Source of the DNA: Bacteroidota bacterium
GTDB lineage: Bacteria > Bacteroidota > Bacteroidia > NORP154
DNA length: 64,000 bases
Assembly: GCA_022572355.1 (NCBI GenBank)
Contig: JACZWC010000010.1
Location: 16,851-80,850 of the forward strand
Direction: 5' to 3'
Below the pieces are notes generated by a model. It was not told the DNA's origin, searched no databases, and saw nothing but the letters and a program-made list of their open reading frames with translations. Below are positions 29,073 to 37,272 of the stretch, in pieces. Position 1 is the stretch's first letter, and each line of letters opens with the position of its first letter. Made by a program: the position numbers and the translations under genes.

Positions 29073-30296
29073 TTAAGCAGTCTTAAGTCTCTTTAATCTT
29101 CTATTAATATTCGCCTGCACAACATAATGATCAATCAGAGGCGCCATTACATTCATAAATAATATTGCCAACATCATCCCCTCTGGGTACGCCGGATTAA
29201 ACACCCTAATCATAATAGCTAAAAACCCGATTAAAAACCCATAAATAAATTTGCCGGTGTTTGTCTGGGTTGCCGTTACGGGATCCGTTGCCATAAAAAC
29301 GGCTCCAAAAACAAAGCCACCCATAACCAATTGGGTAAGAGGAGGTACTGACATAAAGGGATTTAGGGAAAATGTGTTAAAGATCAATGCCATTGCATAA
29401 CCTCCAACAAAAACCGAGAGCATTACCCTCCAGCTTCCGATGCCTGTCAGGAGCAATATGGCTGCGCCTATCAAGCAAGCCACAGTTGATGTTTCGCCAA
29501 CGGACCCAGGAATATATCCCATAAACATATCCATGAAAGAAATAGGTTGCCCGGCAACGGATGTAATCTTGTCTCCATTGTCAATTGCCTGAGCCAATGG
29601 GGTCGCTCCGGAATAGCCGTCTACCAGCGACTGTCCAGCATCTGTTGCAGTATTTACCCAAACAAAATCTCCTGACATCTTCGTAGGGTAGGCAAAGAAT
29701 AAAAAAGCCCTCGCTGTTAGCGCTGGATTTAGAATGTTCATCCCAGTACCACCAAATACTTCCTTTCCAATAATAACAGCGAAAACTGTGGCAAGACCTA
29801 CCATCCACAAAGGCACATCAACAGGCATTACCAGAGGTATCAGCATACCGCTTACAAGAAAGCCTTCATTAACCTGTTCTTTCTTGATGATGGCGCCGAT
29901 AAACTCTATGGTCAATCCTACGGTGTAAGAGACCGCAACGATTGGTAGAACTTTCGCCATTCCGAACAACATCTTTTCCATCAGCCCGGCGCCAATGTCT
30001 GTAAATTCGCCAATTGCCAGATAATGCTGATGACCCGTATTCCAAATACCGAAGATCAGGCAAGGAATCATCGCTAATACCACCGTGATCATGGTCCGCT
30101 TTAGATCTATTCCATCTCTTATGTGAACTCCGCTGTTGGAAGCATGAGCAGGAACGAATAAAAAGGAAGAAATAGCATCAAACGCCGGATACATTTTCTC
30201 CAGCTTACCCCCCTCCTCAAAATGAGGTTTAATTGTATCCAGTAACTTGCTTAATAATTTCACAGCTTCTCTAACATTCTCGTTGAACAGTCTCAA
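29073..30296 (-). CDS. nqrB: Na+-NQR subunit B
   Basis: KPHFEEGGKLEKMYPAFDAISSFLF N-terminus, polytopic, with the FMN-attachment context GYSGATPLA. The ORF-track start (TTG 30296) overlaps nqrA. GTG 30263, 8 nt after the nqrA stop, is an alternative. Confidence 0.92.
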   Translation of the reverse strand: MRLFNENVREAVKLLSKLLDTIKPHFEEGGKLEKMYPAFDAISSFLFVPAHASNSGVHIRDGIDLKRTMITVVLAMIPCLIFGIWNTGHQHYLAIGEFTDIGAGLMEKMLFGMAKVLPIVAVSYTVGLTIEFIGAIIKKEQVNEGFLVSGMLIPLVMPVDVPLWMVGLATVFAVIIGKEVFGGTGMNILNPALTARAFLFFAYPTKMSGDFVWVNTATDAGQSLVDGYSGATPLAQAIDNGDKITSVAGQPISFMDMFMGYIPGSVGETSTVACLIGAAILLLTGIGSWRVMLSVFVGGYAMALIFNTFSLNPFMSVPPLTQLVMGGFVFGAVFMATDPVTATQTNTGKFIYGFLIGFLAIMIRVFNPAYPEGMMLAILFMNVMAPLIDHYVVQANINRRLKRLKTA

Positions 30297-31620
30297 TTCC
30301 TTCCCTTATCAGAGCCTGGACATTGATTTTAGATGTGCAAACAAACTCGCAAAGTGCAAAGTCCTCTTCAGCAACTTCGTAAATACCAAGATTCTCCATC
30401 TGCTCCACATCACCGATCATGATCGATTTTATTAATTGTACCGGGTGAATATCCATTGGTAACACCCGCTCGTATTCGCCGGTAACTACGTAGGCTCTTT
30501 TCTCCCCATTGAGGCTTGAATTAAGCGTATAATTTTTCGTCGCCAATAACCAGGTGAAGAAGGTTCGAGAAATACTGAATTTATCAATTCCAGGTGTTAT
30601 CCAGCCCAAAAATTCTGGCTCAACTACTTCAGGAATTACAGATATCTGAGTATCATAAAAACCAAGATATCCATCCGCAGTTATTTTTGTGCCTGTAAGA
30701 ACATTGCCGCTAATGTATCTTAAACTACCGTCCTTCACATTGTCGGCTACCATATTTTTTATAGAGGCCCCAATAAGTGTTTTGTAATACTTGCCTTTGG
30801 AGACTTCGGATCCAGTCAAGGCGACAACCCTGGAAGCATTGTACCTGCCTTCAGTAAAGAGCCTGCCAATTATCAACACATCCTGTGGAGTTAAATGCCA
30901 AACAATCTCACCCTTATTGATCGGATCTATGTGGTGAATCTGCACGCCTACATTGCCAGCGGGATGAGGGCCAGCAAATTTGTTGATCTGTACGTTCTTA
31001 GAATTGGTAAAAACTTTTGAAGCCGGAGTATTAGCGGATATGCTTAAATGTACTTTACCATCTGTGAGCTTGGCAACTGCGTTCAGACCTGTCTGAAACT
31101 CTTCGCCATGACCATGCAGAATAAAATCGTTATCCGGAGCCAGCGGTGCAGAATCGAATGCTGAGATAAAGATGGCTTTGGGATTATCATCGGGGTTGGC
31201 AATGATATCAAAAGGCCGCTGAATAATTAATGGCCAAATACCACTCTCCAGCAGCCGATTAATCACTTCTTCTCTTGACAGATCATCAGGATTGGCTTTT
31301 TGAAAGGGCACATAACGGATTTCCTTGTCAGCCAATACTTTTATCTCCAATATTTTTCGCTTCTCACCCCTTTTGATCTCAACTACCTCTCCGCTCGATG
31401 GAGACGTAAATTTTATCCTTTCATTGTCCTTGTCATAAGCCAGTGGAGTTCCAGCAAGGACTTCATCACCGATATTCACAATTGGTCTTATTCGAACCCC
31501 GACAAAATCCGTTGGTTTTATGGCTACAGTCTCGGAAGCTGGTATTTCAGCGAAAACCTTTTCCGCTTGACCTTTCAACCGGATGTTCAATCCTCTTTTT
31601 ATATTGAATGATGTGGACAT
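30271..31620 (-). CDS. nqrA: Na+-NQR subunit A
   Basis: 449 aa starting MSTSFNIKRGLNIRLKGQAE, first gene of the nqrABCDEF order. Confidence 0.93.
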   Translation of the reverse strand: MSTSFNIKRGLNIRLKGQAEKVFAEIPASETVAIKPTDFVGVRIRPIVNIGDEVLAGTPLAYDKDNERIKFTSPSSGEVVEIKRGEKRKILEIKVLADKEIRYVPFQKANPDDLSREEVINRLLESGIWPLIIQRPFDIIANPDDNPKAIFISAFDSAPLAPDNDFILHGHGEEFQTGLNAVAKLTDGKVHLSISANTPASKVFTNSKNVQINKFAGPHPAGNVGVQIHHIDPINKGEIVWHLTPQDVLIIGRLFTEGRYNASRVVALTGSEVSKGKYYKTLIGASIKNMVADNVKDGSLRYISGNVLTGTKITADGYLGFYDTQISVIPEVVEPEFLGWITPGIDKFSISRTFFTWLLATKNYTLNSSLNGEKRAYVVTGEYERVLPMDIHPVQLIKSIMIGDVEQMENLGIYEVAEEDFALCEFVCTSKINVQALIREGIETVQREC

Positions 31621-31803
31621 CTATTATCTGTGGTGAGACATACTAAAAATGCGCACAAAAGTACTAATTTTTTAAGATTCAAAATGCTTTTTGAGCATTT
31701 TTAGACGAAGCCCCGTTTATGAGCAATGACTGGATGCATATTCATATATCTTTGTTGCGTTTTATTGCGGCTGGCACAATATTTAGCCCCATTATTAAAT
31801 GAT

Positions 31804-33159
31804 ATGATTCGTAGAGTTGTTTTGCTGTGCACATTACTTTCATTTTGTGTTTTTGATGTCTTGGCTCAAAAGGAGAAAGATCTGGTTGAGCTCAATGATG
31901 ATCAGGTAGATTTTGTTGAGGATAGCCTAGTGGTGGATGAGTATTTTGAGGGTAACTATTTGAGGTACGAAGACTTCATTTATGATGAAAATATCAAAAC
32001 AGCTATGCTTTATAGAAATGGATGGCCACTTTCCTCTCCAATTTTAGAATTGAGTACCGGGGAAGAGCTGAAATTATCATTTGATGACCTTTCCAAAGAA
32101 GTTCGGAGTTACAATTATACTATTGTGCACTGTTCAAAAAACTGGGAGGAATCTGATCTGATGGACATGGATTACGTAGACGGCTTTGTTGAGAATGAAA
32201 TTACAGAGTATCGTTACTCACTCAATACTTTCCAGGAATACACGCATTTTAATCTGGTTTTTCCAAATGAGGATATGCGCATTAGGATATCCGGCAACTA
32301 CTTATTGGTCGTCTATACAGATGGAAACAAAGAAAACGTAGTTCTTACAAAGAGATTTATGGTGGTAGAACCAAAAGTGAACGTATTGCCGATCGTGAAA
32401 AGAGCCACGCTGCTGGATGATAGAAACTATAAGCAGGAAATAGATTTTACTATTATGCATGAAGGGTATACTATTTCTGATCCGTATAGTGAAATTTATG
32501 TTGTGATAACACAAAACAACCGATGGGATAACGCGATTAGAGGGTTGCAGCCCCTGTTTGTCAGATCGGATGAGTTGATATATGACTATGATAGAGAAAA
32601 CGTATTTACTGCAGGTAACGAGTTTCGCCATTTTAGTACCAGAAGCTTTAGATACAGATCGGAAAGAGTAGCCGCTAACATTGTGGACTCTACCTACAAT
32701 CACGTACACTTAATTCCAGATCAGAAGAGGTCTTTTCTGAAATATTCTACACAATCAGATATTAATGGCAGGTTTTTTATTAAGAATGAAGAGGGAAATG
32801 ACGCCGAGGTGGATGCGGATTATGCCTATGTTTATTTTACGCTGCCCTATGATGCGCCCATGATCAATGGCGACATCTATTTGCTCGGCGAGTTAAATAA
32901 TTGGGTAATGAATAAAACATCGAAAATGGAATATAACTACAAGAAGAAGACGTACGAAAAGAAACTTATGTTGAAGCAAGGGTATTACGAGTATCAATAC
33001 GTCTATAAAGAAGACGGCCAGGCGGCAGGCGATGAAACTTTAATAGAGGGCAGCCATTACGACACAGAAAATGAATACACAATCTATGTGTATGATTCTT
33101 CCTTGAGAAATAATTATGACCAATTAATTGCGGTTAAAAAGTTTGGAACCCGCTATTAA
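31804..33159 (+). CDS. DUF5103-type protein (T9SS 'plug'-like family)
   Basis: Signal peptide from ATG 31804 (MIRRVVLLCTLLSFCVFDVLAQ; the ORF track extends to 31726). The segment IYDENIKTAMLYRNGWPLSSPILELSTGEELKLSFDDL...YNYTIVHC matches my memory of the DUF5103 family. Confidence 0.55.
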   Translation: MIRRVVLLCTLLSFCVFDVLAQKEKDLVELNDDQVDFVEDSLVVDEYFEGNYLRYEDFIYDENIKTAMLYRNGWPLSSPILELSTGEELKLSFDDLSKEVRSYNYTIVHCSKNWEESDLMDMDYVDGFVENEITEYRYSLNTFQEYTHFNLVFPNEDMRIRISGNYLLVVYTDGNKENVVLTKRFMVVEPKVNVLPIVKRATLLDDRNYKQEIDFTIMHEGYTISDPYSEIYVVITQNNRWDNAIRGLQPLFVRSDELIYDYDRENVFTAGNEFRHFSTRSFRYRSERVAANIVDSTYNHVHLIPDQKRSFLKYSTQSDINGRFFIKNEEGNDAEVDADYAYVYFTLPYDAPMINGDIYLLGELNNWVMNKTSKMEYNYKKKTYEKKLMLKQGYYEYQYVYKEDGQAAGDETLIEGSHYDTENEYTIYVYDSSLRNNYDQLIAVKKFGTRY

Positions 33160-33211
33160 ATAATTTCATATTATTGTAACAAATATGTGCGTTTTATATC
33201 GGTAAGAATAT

Positions 33212-33598
33212 ATGATAACTGAAGTAACAGCAGGGATAAAAATATCGGTGGAAACACAATTTCAGCCCGATCATTCCGACGCGTCAATAAACAGGTACCT
33301 GTTCTCATACAGAATTACAATAGAGAACTGTGGATCTCAAACGGTGAAGCTGATACGAAGACGGTGGTTGATTTACGACGCAAATGGGGTGATAAGAGAA
33401 GTTGAAGGGGAGGGCGTTGTGGGTTTACAACCGATCTTAAAACATGGAGAAATTCATGAATATTCTTCAGCTTGCGATCTGGCCACAGATATAGGTAAGA
33501 TGCATGGAACTTATCTCATGGAAAGGGAAGATACCAAGGAAAGGTTTTATGTGAACATTCCGGAATTTAAGATGGTTGTACCTCACAGGCTGAATTAG
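33212..33598 (+). CDS. apaG: ApaG (DUF525) protein
   Basis: 128 aa. The sequence GIKISVETQFQPDHSDASINRYLFSYRITIENCGSQTVKLIRRRWLIYDANG...VEGEGVVGLQP is typical of ApaG. Confidence 0.85.
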   Translation: MITEVTAGIKISVETQFQPDHSDASINRYLFSYRITIENCGSQTVKLIRRRWLIYDANGVIREVEGEGVVGLQPILKHGEIHEYSSACDLATDIGKMHGTYLMEREDTKERFYVNIPEFKMVVPHRLN

Positions 33599-33637
33599 GC
33601 CAATAATTCACTGTATTAATATTTAACAATAGTACTT

Positions 33638-35266
33638 ATGTCTAAAGGATTCTATAAGGTGCCTACTCCGGTAAACGAGCCGGTATTGAGCTATGGGGCT
33701 GGAACAAAAGAGAGGGCGGAGCTTCAGGAAATGATAAAACAATTCAGATCGGAAGAAGTTGAAATCCCAATGTGGATCGGTGGCAAGGACGTGAAGAGCG
33801 GCAAACTCGTGCCCATGTCCCCGCCACATGACCACAAACACATTCTAGGCCACTATCATCAGGGGGATAAATCACATATCAATCAAGCTATTGATGCAGC
33901 AATGGCTGCTAAGGAGGATTGGGTTAACCTTTCCTGGGAGCACAGAGCTTCCATTTTCCTCAAAGCCGCCGACTTATTGGCGGGGCCATATCGTCAAAAA
34001 ATCAACGCTGCCACCATGTTGGGCCAGTCTAAGAATGCATTTCAAGCGGAGATTGACGCAGCATGTGAGTTTATCGACTTTTTGAAGTTCAACGTTCACT
34101 ACATGACGGAGATTTACAAGCAGCAACCAGATTCTGCTCCGGGTATGTGGAACAGGCTCGAGCAACGGCCTCTGGAGGGTTTTGTGTTTGCACTAACGCC
34201 ATTTAATTTTACTTCTATCGCTGGAAACCTACCGACAGCGCCAGCCATGATGGGCAACACGATTGTTTGGAAGCCATCGAAAACCCAAATTTATTCGGCT
34301 CGTATTCTTATGGAGCTGTTTAAAGAGGCTGGTGTTCCTGATGGTGTGATCAATCTGATTTTTGTGTCTGGCCCCGAGGCCGGAGAAGTGATCTTTTCAC
34401 ATCCTGACTTTGCGGGGTTTCATTTTACCGGCTCTACAGAGGTATTTCAAGGTATATGGAAGTCAGTAGGGGAGAACATCCAAAAATTTAAAACGTATCC
34501 ACGCATTGTCGGCGAAACGGGTGGCAAGGATTTTATCGTGGCTCATAAATCTGCCCAGCCAAAAGTAGTTTCAACAGCGATCACACGCGGCTCATTTGAG
34601 TATCAGGGGCAAAAGTGTTCTGCAACCTCCAGAGTCTATGTTCCGGCGAATATTTGGGATGAGGTAAAAGCCAATATACTGGAGGATCTGAAGTCGATTA
34701 AAATGGGGCCTCCTGAGGATTTCACGAATTTTGTAAATGCGGTAATTGACGAAGCATCTTTTGACAATATTACCGGTTACATCGACAGGGCAAAAGAAGA
34801 TGCTGATGTGGAAATCATCGCCGGTGGAGGTTATGACAAGTCTGTTGGGTATTTTATTGAGCCAACTATAATCGTTGCAAAGGACCCCAAGTACATTACC
34901 ATGTGTGATGAGCTCTTCGGCCCGGTAGTCACCATTCACGTTTATGATGGCGACAAGTATGAGGCAATGCTGGATATAGTGGATTCTACGTCCATATATG
35001 CCCTTACAGGCGCATTATTGGCGCAGGATCGCTATGCCCTTGAGTTAGGGACTAAAAAGCTGGTTAATGCAGCAGGGAACTTCTATTTGAACGACAAGCC
35101 CAGTGGAGCTGTTGTTGGGCAGCAACCATTTGGTGGCGCAAGGGGATCGGGCACCAATGATAAAGCGGGATCTATGATCAATTTACTCAGGTGGGTATCT
35201 CCAAGAACCATTAAGGAGACCTTTGTTCCAGCTACTGATTACCGTTATCCATTTTTGGAAGAGTAG
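33638..35266 (+). CDS. pruA: L-glutamate gamma-semialdehyde (1-pyrroline-5-carboxylate) dehydrogenase
   Basis: 542-aa aldehyde dehydrogenase with FTGST, ETGGKD and EYQGQKCSA catalytic-Cys context. The N-terminus FYKVPTPVNEP is typical of the PruA type. Confidence 0.85.
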   Translation: MSKGFYKVPTPVNEPVLSYGAGTKERAELQEMIKQFRSEEVEIPMWIGGKDVKSGKLVPMSPPHDHKHILGHYHQGDKSHINQAIDAAMAAKEDWVNLSWEHRASIFLKAADLLAGPYRQKINAATMLGQSKNAFQAEIDAACEFIDFLKFNVHYMTEIYKQQPDSAPGMWNRLEQRPLEGFVFALTPFNFTSIAGNLPTAPAMMGNTIVWKPSKTQIYSARILMELFKEAGVPDGVINLIFVSGPEAGEVIFSHPDFAGFHFTGSTEVFQGIWKSVGENIQKFKTYPRIVGETGGKDFIVAHKSAQPKVVSTAITRGSFEYQGQKCSATSRVYVPANIWDEVKANILEDLKSIKMGPPEDFTNFVNAVIDEASFDNITGYIDRAKEDADVEIIAGGGYDKSVGYFIEPTIIVAKDPKYITMCDELFGPVVTIHVYDGDKYEAMLDIVDSTSIYALTGALLAQDRYALELGTKKLVNAAGNFYLNDKPSGAVVGQQPFGGARGSGTNDKAGSMINLLRWVSPRTIKETFVPATDYRYPFLEE

Positions 35267-35278
35267 GCGTGGGGTAGT

Positions 35279-36430
35279 CTAATTCACCACTTGTCGAAGA
35301 GTTTCATCGTATTCCTTGACGATATTGCTCCAGCTGTATTTCAATCTTATTTCAGTAATTGAACTTACCGGCACGCAGTAGCCTTTCAAAAACTTATCCT
35401 CGTAATAATTTCGAATTTTATGAAATAGAGCACGGTGGTCCCCAATGTCCATCAGTTCGCCATTGACATACTCTTCAATCAATTCGCGGTTGCAGCTAAC
35501 AGGGGTTGTAATTATGTATTGTCCTAAGGACAAGGATTCTAATATGGCAATTGACATTCCCTCGCTGAGAGATGGTGCCACATGTAAATTAGCAGATTGA
35601 TATTCTTTAATCACTTCTTGTTCTGATATCCAACCCAAAAAACTTACATTTTTCTCTAGATTATTGTTCTCAACAAAATTCTCCATTTTCCTCCTCAGCG
35701 GCCCATCGCCCAGTATATGAACAACAAACTCCTTGTTGCCCTCTGAGAATAATTTTATCGCTTTCAAGAAGGTAAAAGGGTCTTTTTGCTTTACAAGCCT
35801 TCCAACAAATACGATTTTGAATATTTTTGATTTTTGCGAGAAATCTGGATTATTGCTAGGCTCATCCAATCCATTCGGGACAATGATATTTTTATCGGCC
35901 AACTTTCTGCCCAGGAATTTGTCAATATTATCTTTCATTTCACTGGTTTGAATGAAATTTGCCTCCGAATCCATGCATATTCTTTTGATCCAGAAGTAAG
36001 TGAACAAATGATATGCGAACATTTGTTGAGGAAAAAACCAGGGAATGTCATGTCCGTGCGAGATGAGCACGTATGGAATATCAAAATGATTTTTTAGGTA
36101 CAAGGCAACTTCACCTCCCGGTAAAGCAAAATTGGCAAAACACACATCAAATCTTTCAGATTGGCAGAATTCTTTTAAGAATGCCTTACTTTTCAGAATC
36201 CACGATAGCATTTCGAAGGGATCGGATTTATAAACATGTTTTCTTTTAGACCTAAGCCTGATAATCTTCAAGTTGTCGTCTACCTGCTTCTCTTCAATGT
36301 CAGGCAACCAAGTTGTCAATACGGTAACATGATTTCCTAATTTTACCAAACCCTCTGATATATGTTGGGTTATAACACCTGCCCCTGCTCCTAGCGGAGG
36401 GTATTCATAATTTAGCATTAGGATTTTCAT
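35279..36430 (-). CDS. Glycosyltransferase family 4 (GT-B, Glycos_transf_1)
   Basis: MKILMLNYEYPPLGAGAGV N-terminus and a C-terminal EGMSIAILESLSLG motif. Confidence 0.75.
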   Translation of the reverse strand: MKILMLNYEYPPLGAGAGVITQHISEGLVKLGNHVTVLTTWLPDIEEKQVDDNLKIIRLRSKRKHVYKSDPFEMLSWILKSKAFLKEFCQSERFDVCFANFALPGGEVALYLKNHFDIPYVLISHGHDIPWFFPQQMFAYHLFTYFWIKRICMDSEANFIQTSEMKDNIDKFLGRKLADKNIIVPNGLDEPSNNPDFSQKSKIFKIVFVGRLVKQKDPFTFLKAIKLFSEGNKEFVVHILGDGPLRRKMENFVENNNLEKNVSFLGWISEQEVIKEYQSANLHVAPSLSEGMSIAILESLSLGQYIITTPVSCNRELIEEYVNGELMDIGDHRALFHKIRNYYEDKFLKGYCVPVSSITEIRLKYSWSNIVKEYDETLRQVVN

Positions 36431-36566
36431 TTCTTGTACAGAGGAGATTCAATCAAAAATAACAAAAGCCACACTCAAGTACTAAACAAGCGACTGTTTA
36501 TAAGATTCAATCCGTATGAAGCTGTGTATGGCTGTTAGAGAGTATTTTTATGGTGATTGTACAGCT

Positions 36567-36872
36567 ATGAAGAAAATCGCACGCTTTAGTTTCAAATTTT
36601 TGAGCAACAAATATGCTGTTGTTGCAACAGTATTTCTGGTCTGGATGCTCTTTTTTGACCGCAATGACTTGATCACGCAGGTGAAGCAGAAGAATAAACT
36701 GAACCAAATGAAACAGGACCAGCTATACTTTACGGAGGAGATTCACAAAGACATGTCGATGTTGAAGGAAATGATGAACAACCCCAAAACACTCGAAAGA
36801 TTTGCACGCGAAAAATACCTCATGAAAAAAGACAATGAGGATATTTTTGTGTTTGTTGCTAAAAAGCAATAA
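36567..36872 (+). CDS. Septum formation initiator (FtsB/DivIC-like) protein
   Basis: From ATG 36567 (MKKIARFSFKFL...). One TM helix (AVVATVFLVWMLFF), a coiled coil, and a conserved ERFAREKYLMKKDNEDIFVF tail. The ORF track extends upstream to 36516. Confidence 0.6.
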   Translation: MKKIARFSFKFLSNKYAVVATVFLVWMLFFDRNDLITQVKQKNKLNQMKQDQLYFTEEIHKDMSMLKEMMNNPKTLERFAREKYLMKKDNEDIFVFVAKKQ

Positions 36873-36903
36873 CTACAAAGCAGTTTCTTCTAAGCTAATC
36901 CGC

Positions 36904-37116
36904 CTACGGTCTTGCCTGAAGATTCACCGCTACCTTAGAGTCACCTGGCATGGTGATTTCATCGTAATAAACCTCGCTTCCTTCCACTAAGCCCTTGTCC
37001 GGGAGCTCACGGTCTAGAAAATTGATGTAATCGGGTACATTTCCCTCAATTAATTTTTCTATTTTACCGGCAATGCCGCTCGGTAAAATATCTCCAATGG
37101 TGCCACTTTCTGCCAT
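36904..37116 (-). CDS. Small hypothetical protein (70 aa)
   Basis: ORF only; acidic with no signal peptide. Coding status is unproven. Confidence 0.3.
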   Translation of the reverse strand: MAESGTIGDILPSGIAGKIEKLIEGNVPDYINFLDRELPDKGLVEGSEVYYDEITMPGDSKVAVNLQARP

Positions 37117-37272
37117 AATGTTTGTTTTTAGTTAAATCGTAAGCAAAGCTTAACGATATAAATTTAATTAATTAATACACTCATTATTCTACATATTTAT
37201 TAATTAGTTTTCTAACTTCCAATTAATTAAGTAATATTTTTTTTCAAATTGGAGGTGTCCAGCTGTGCTGTT

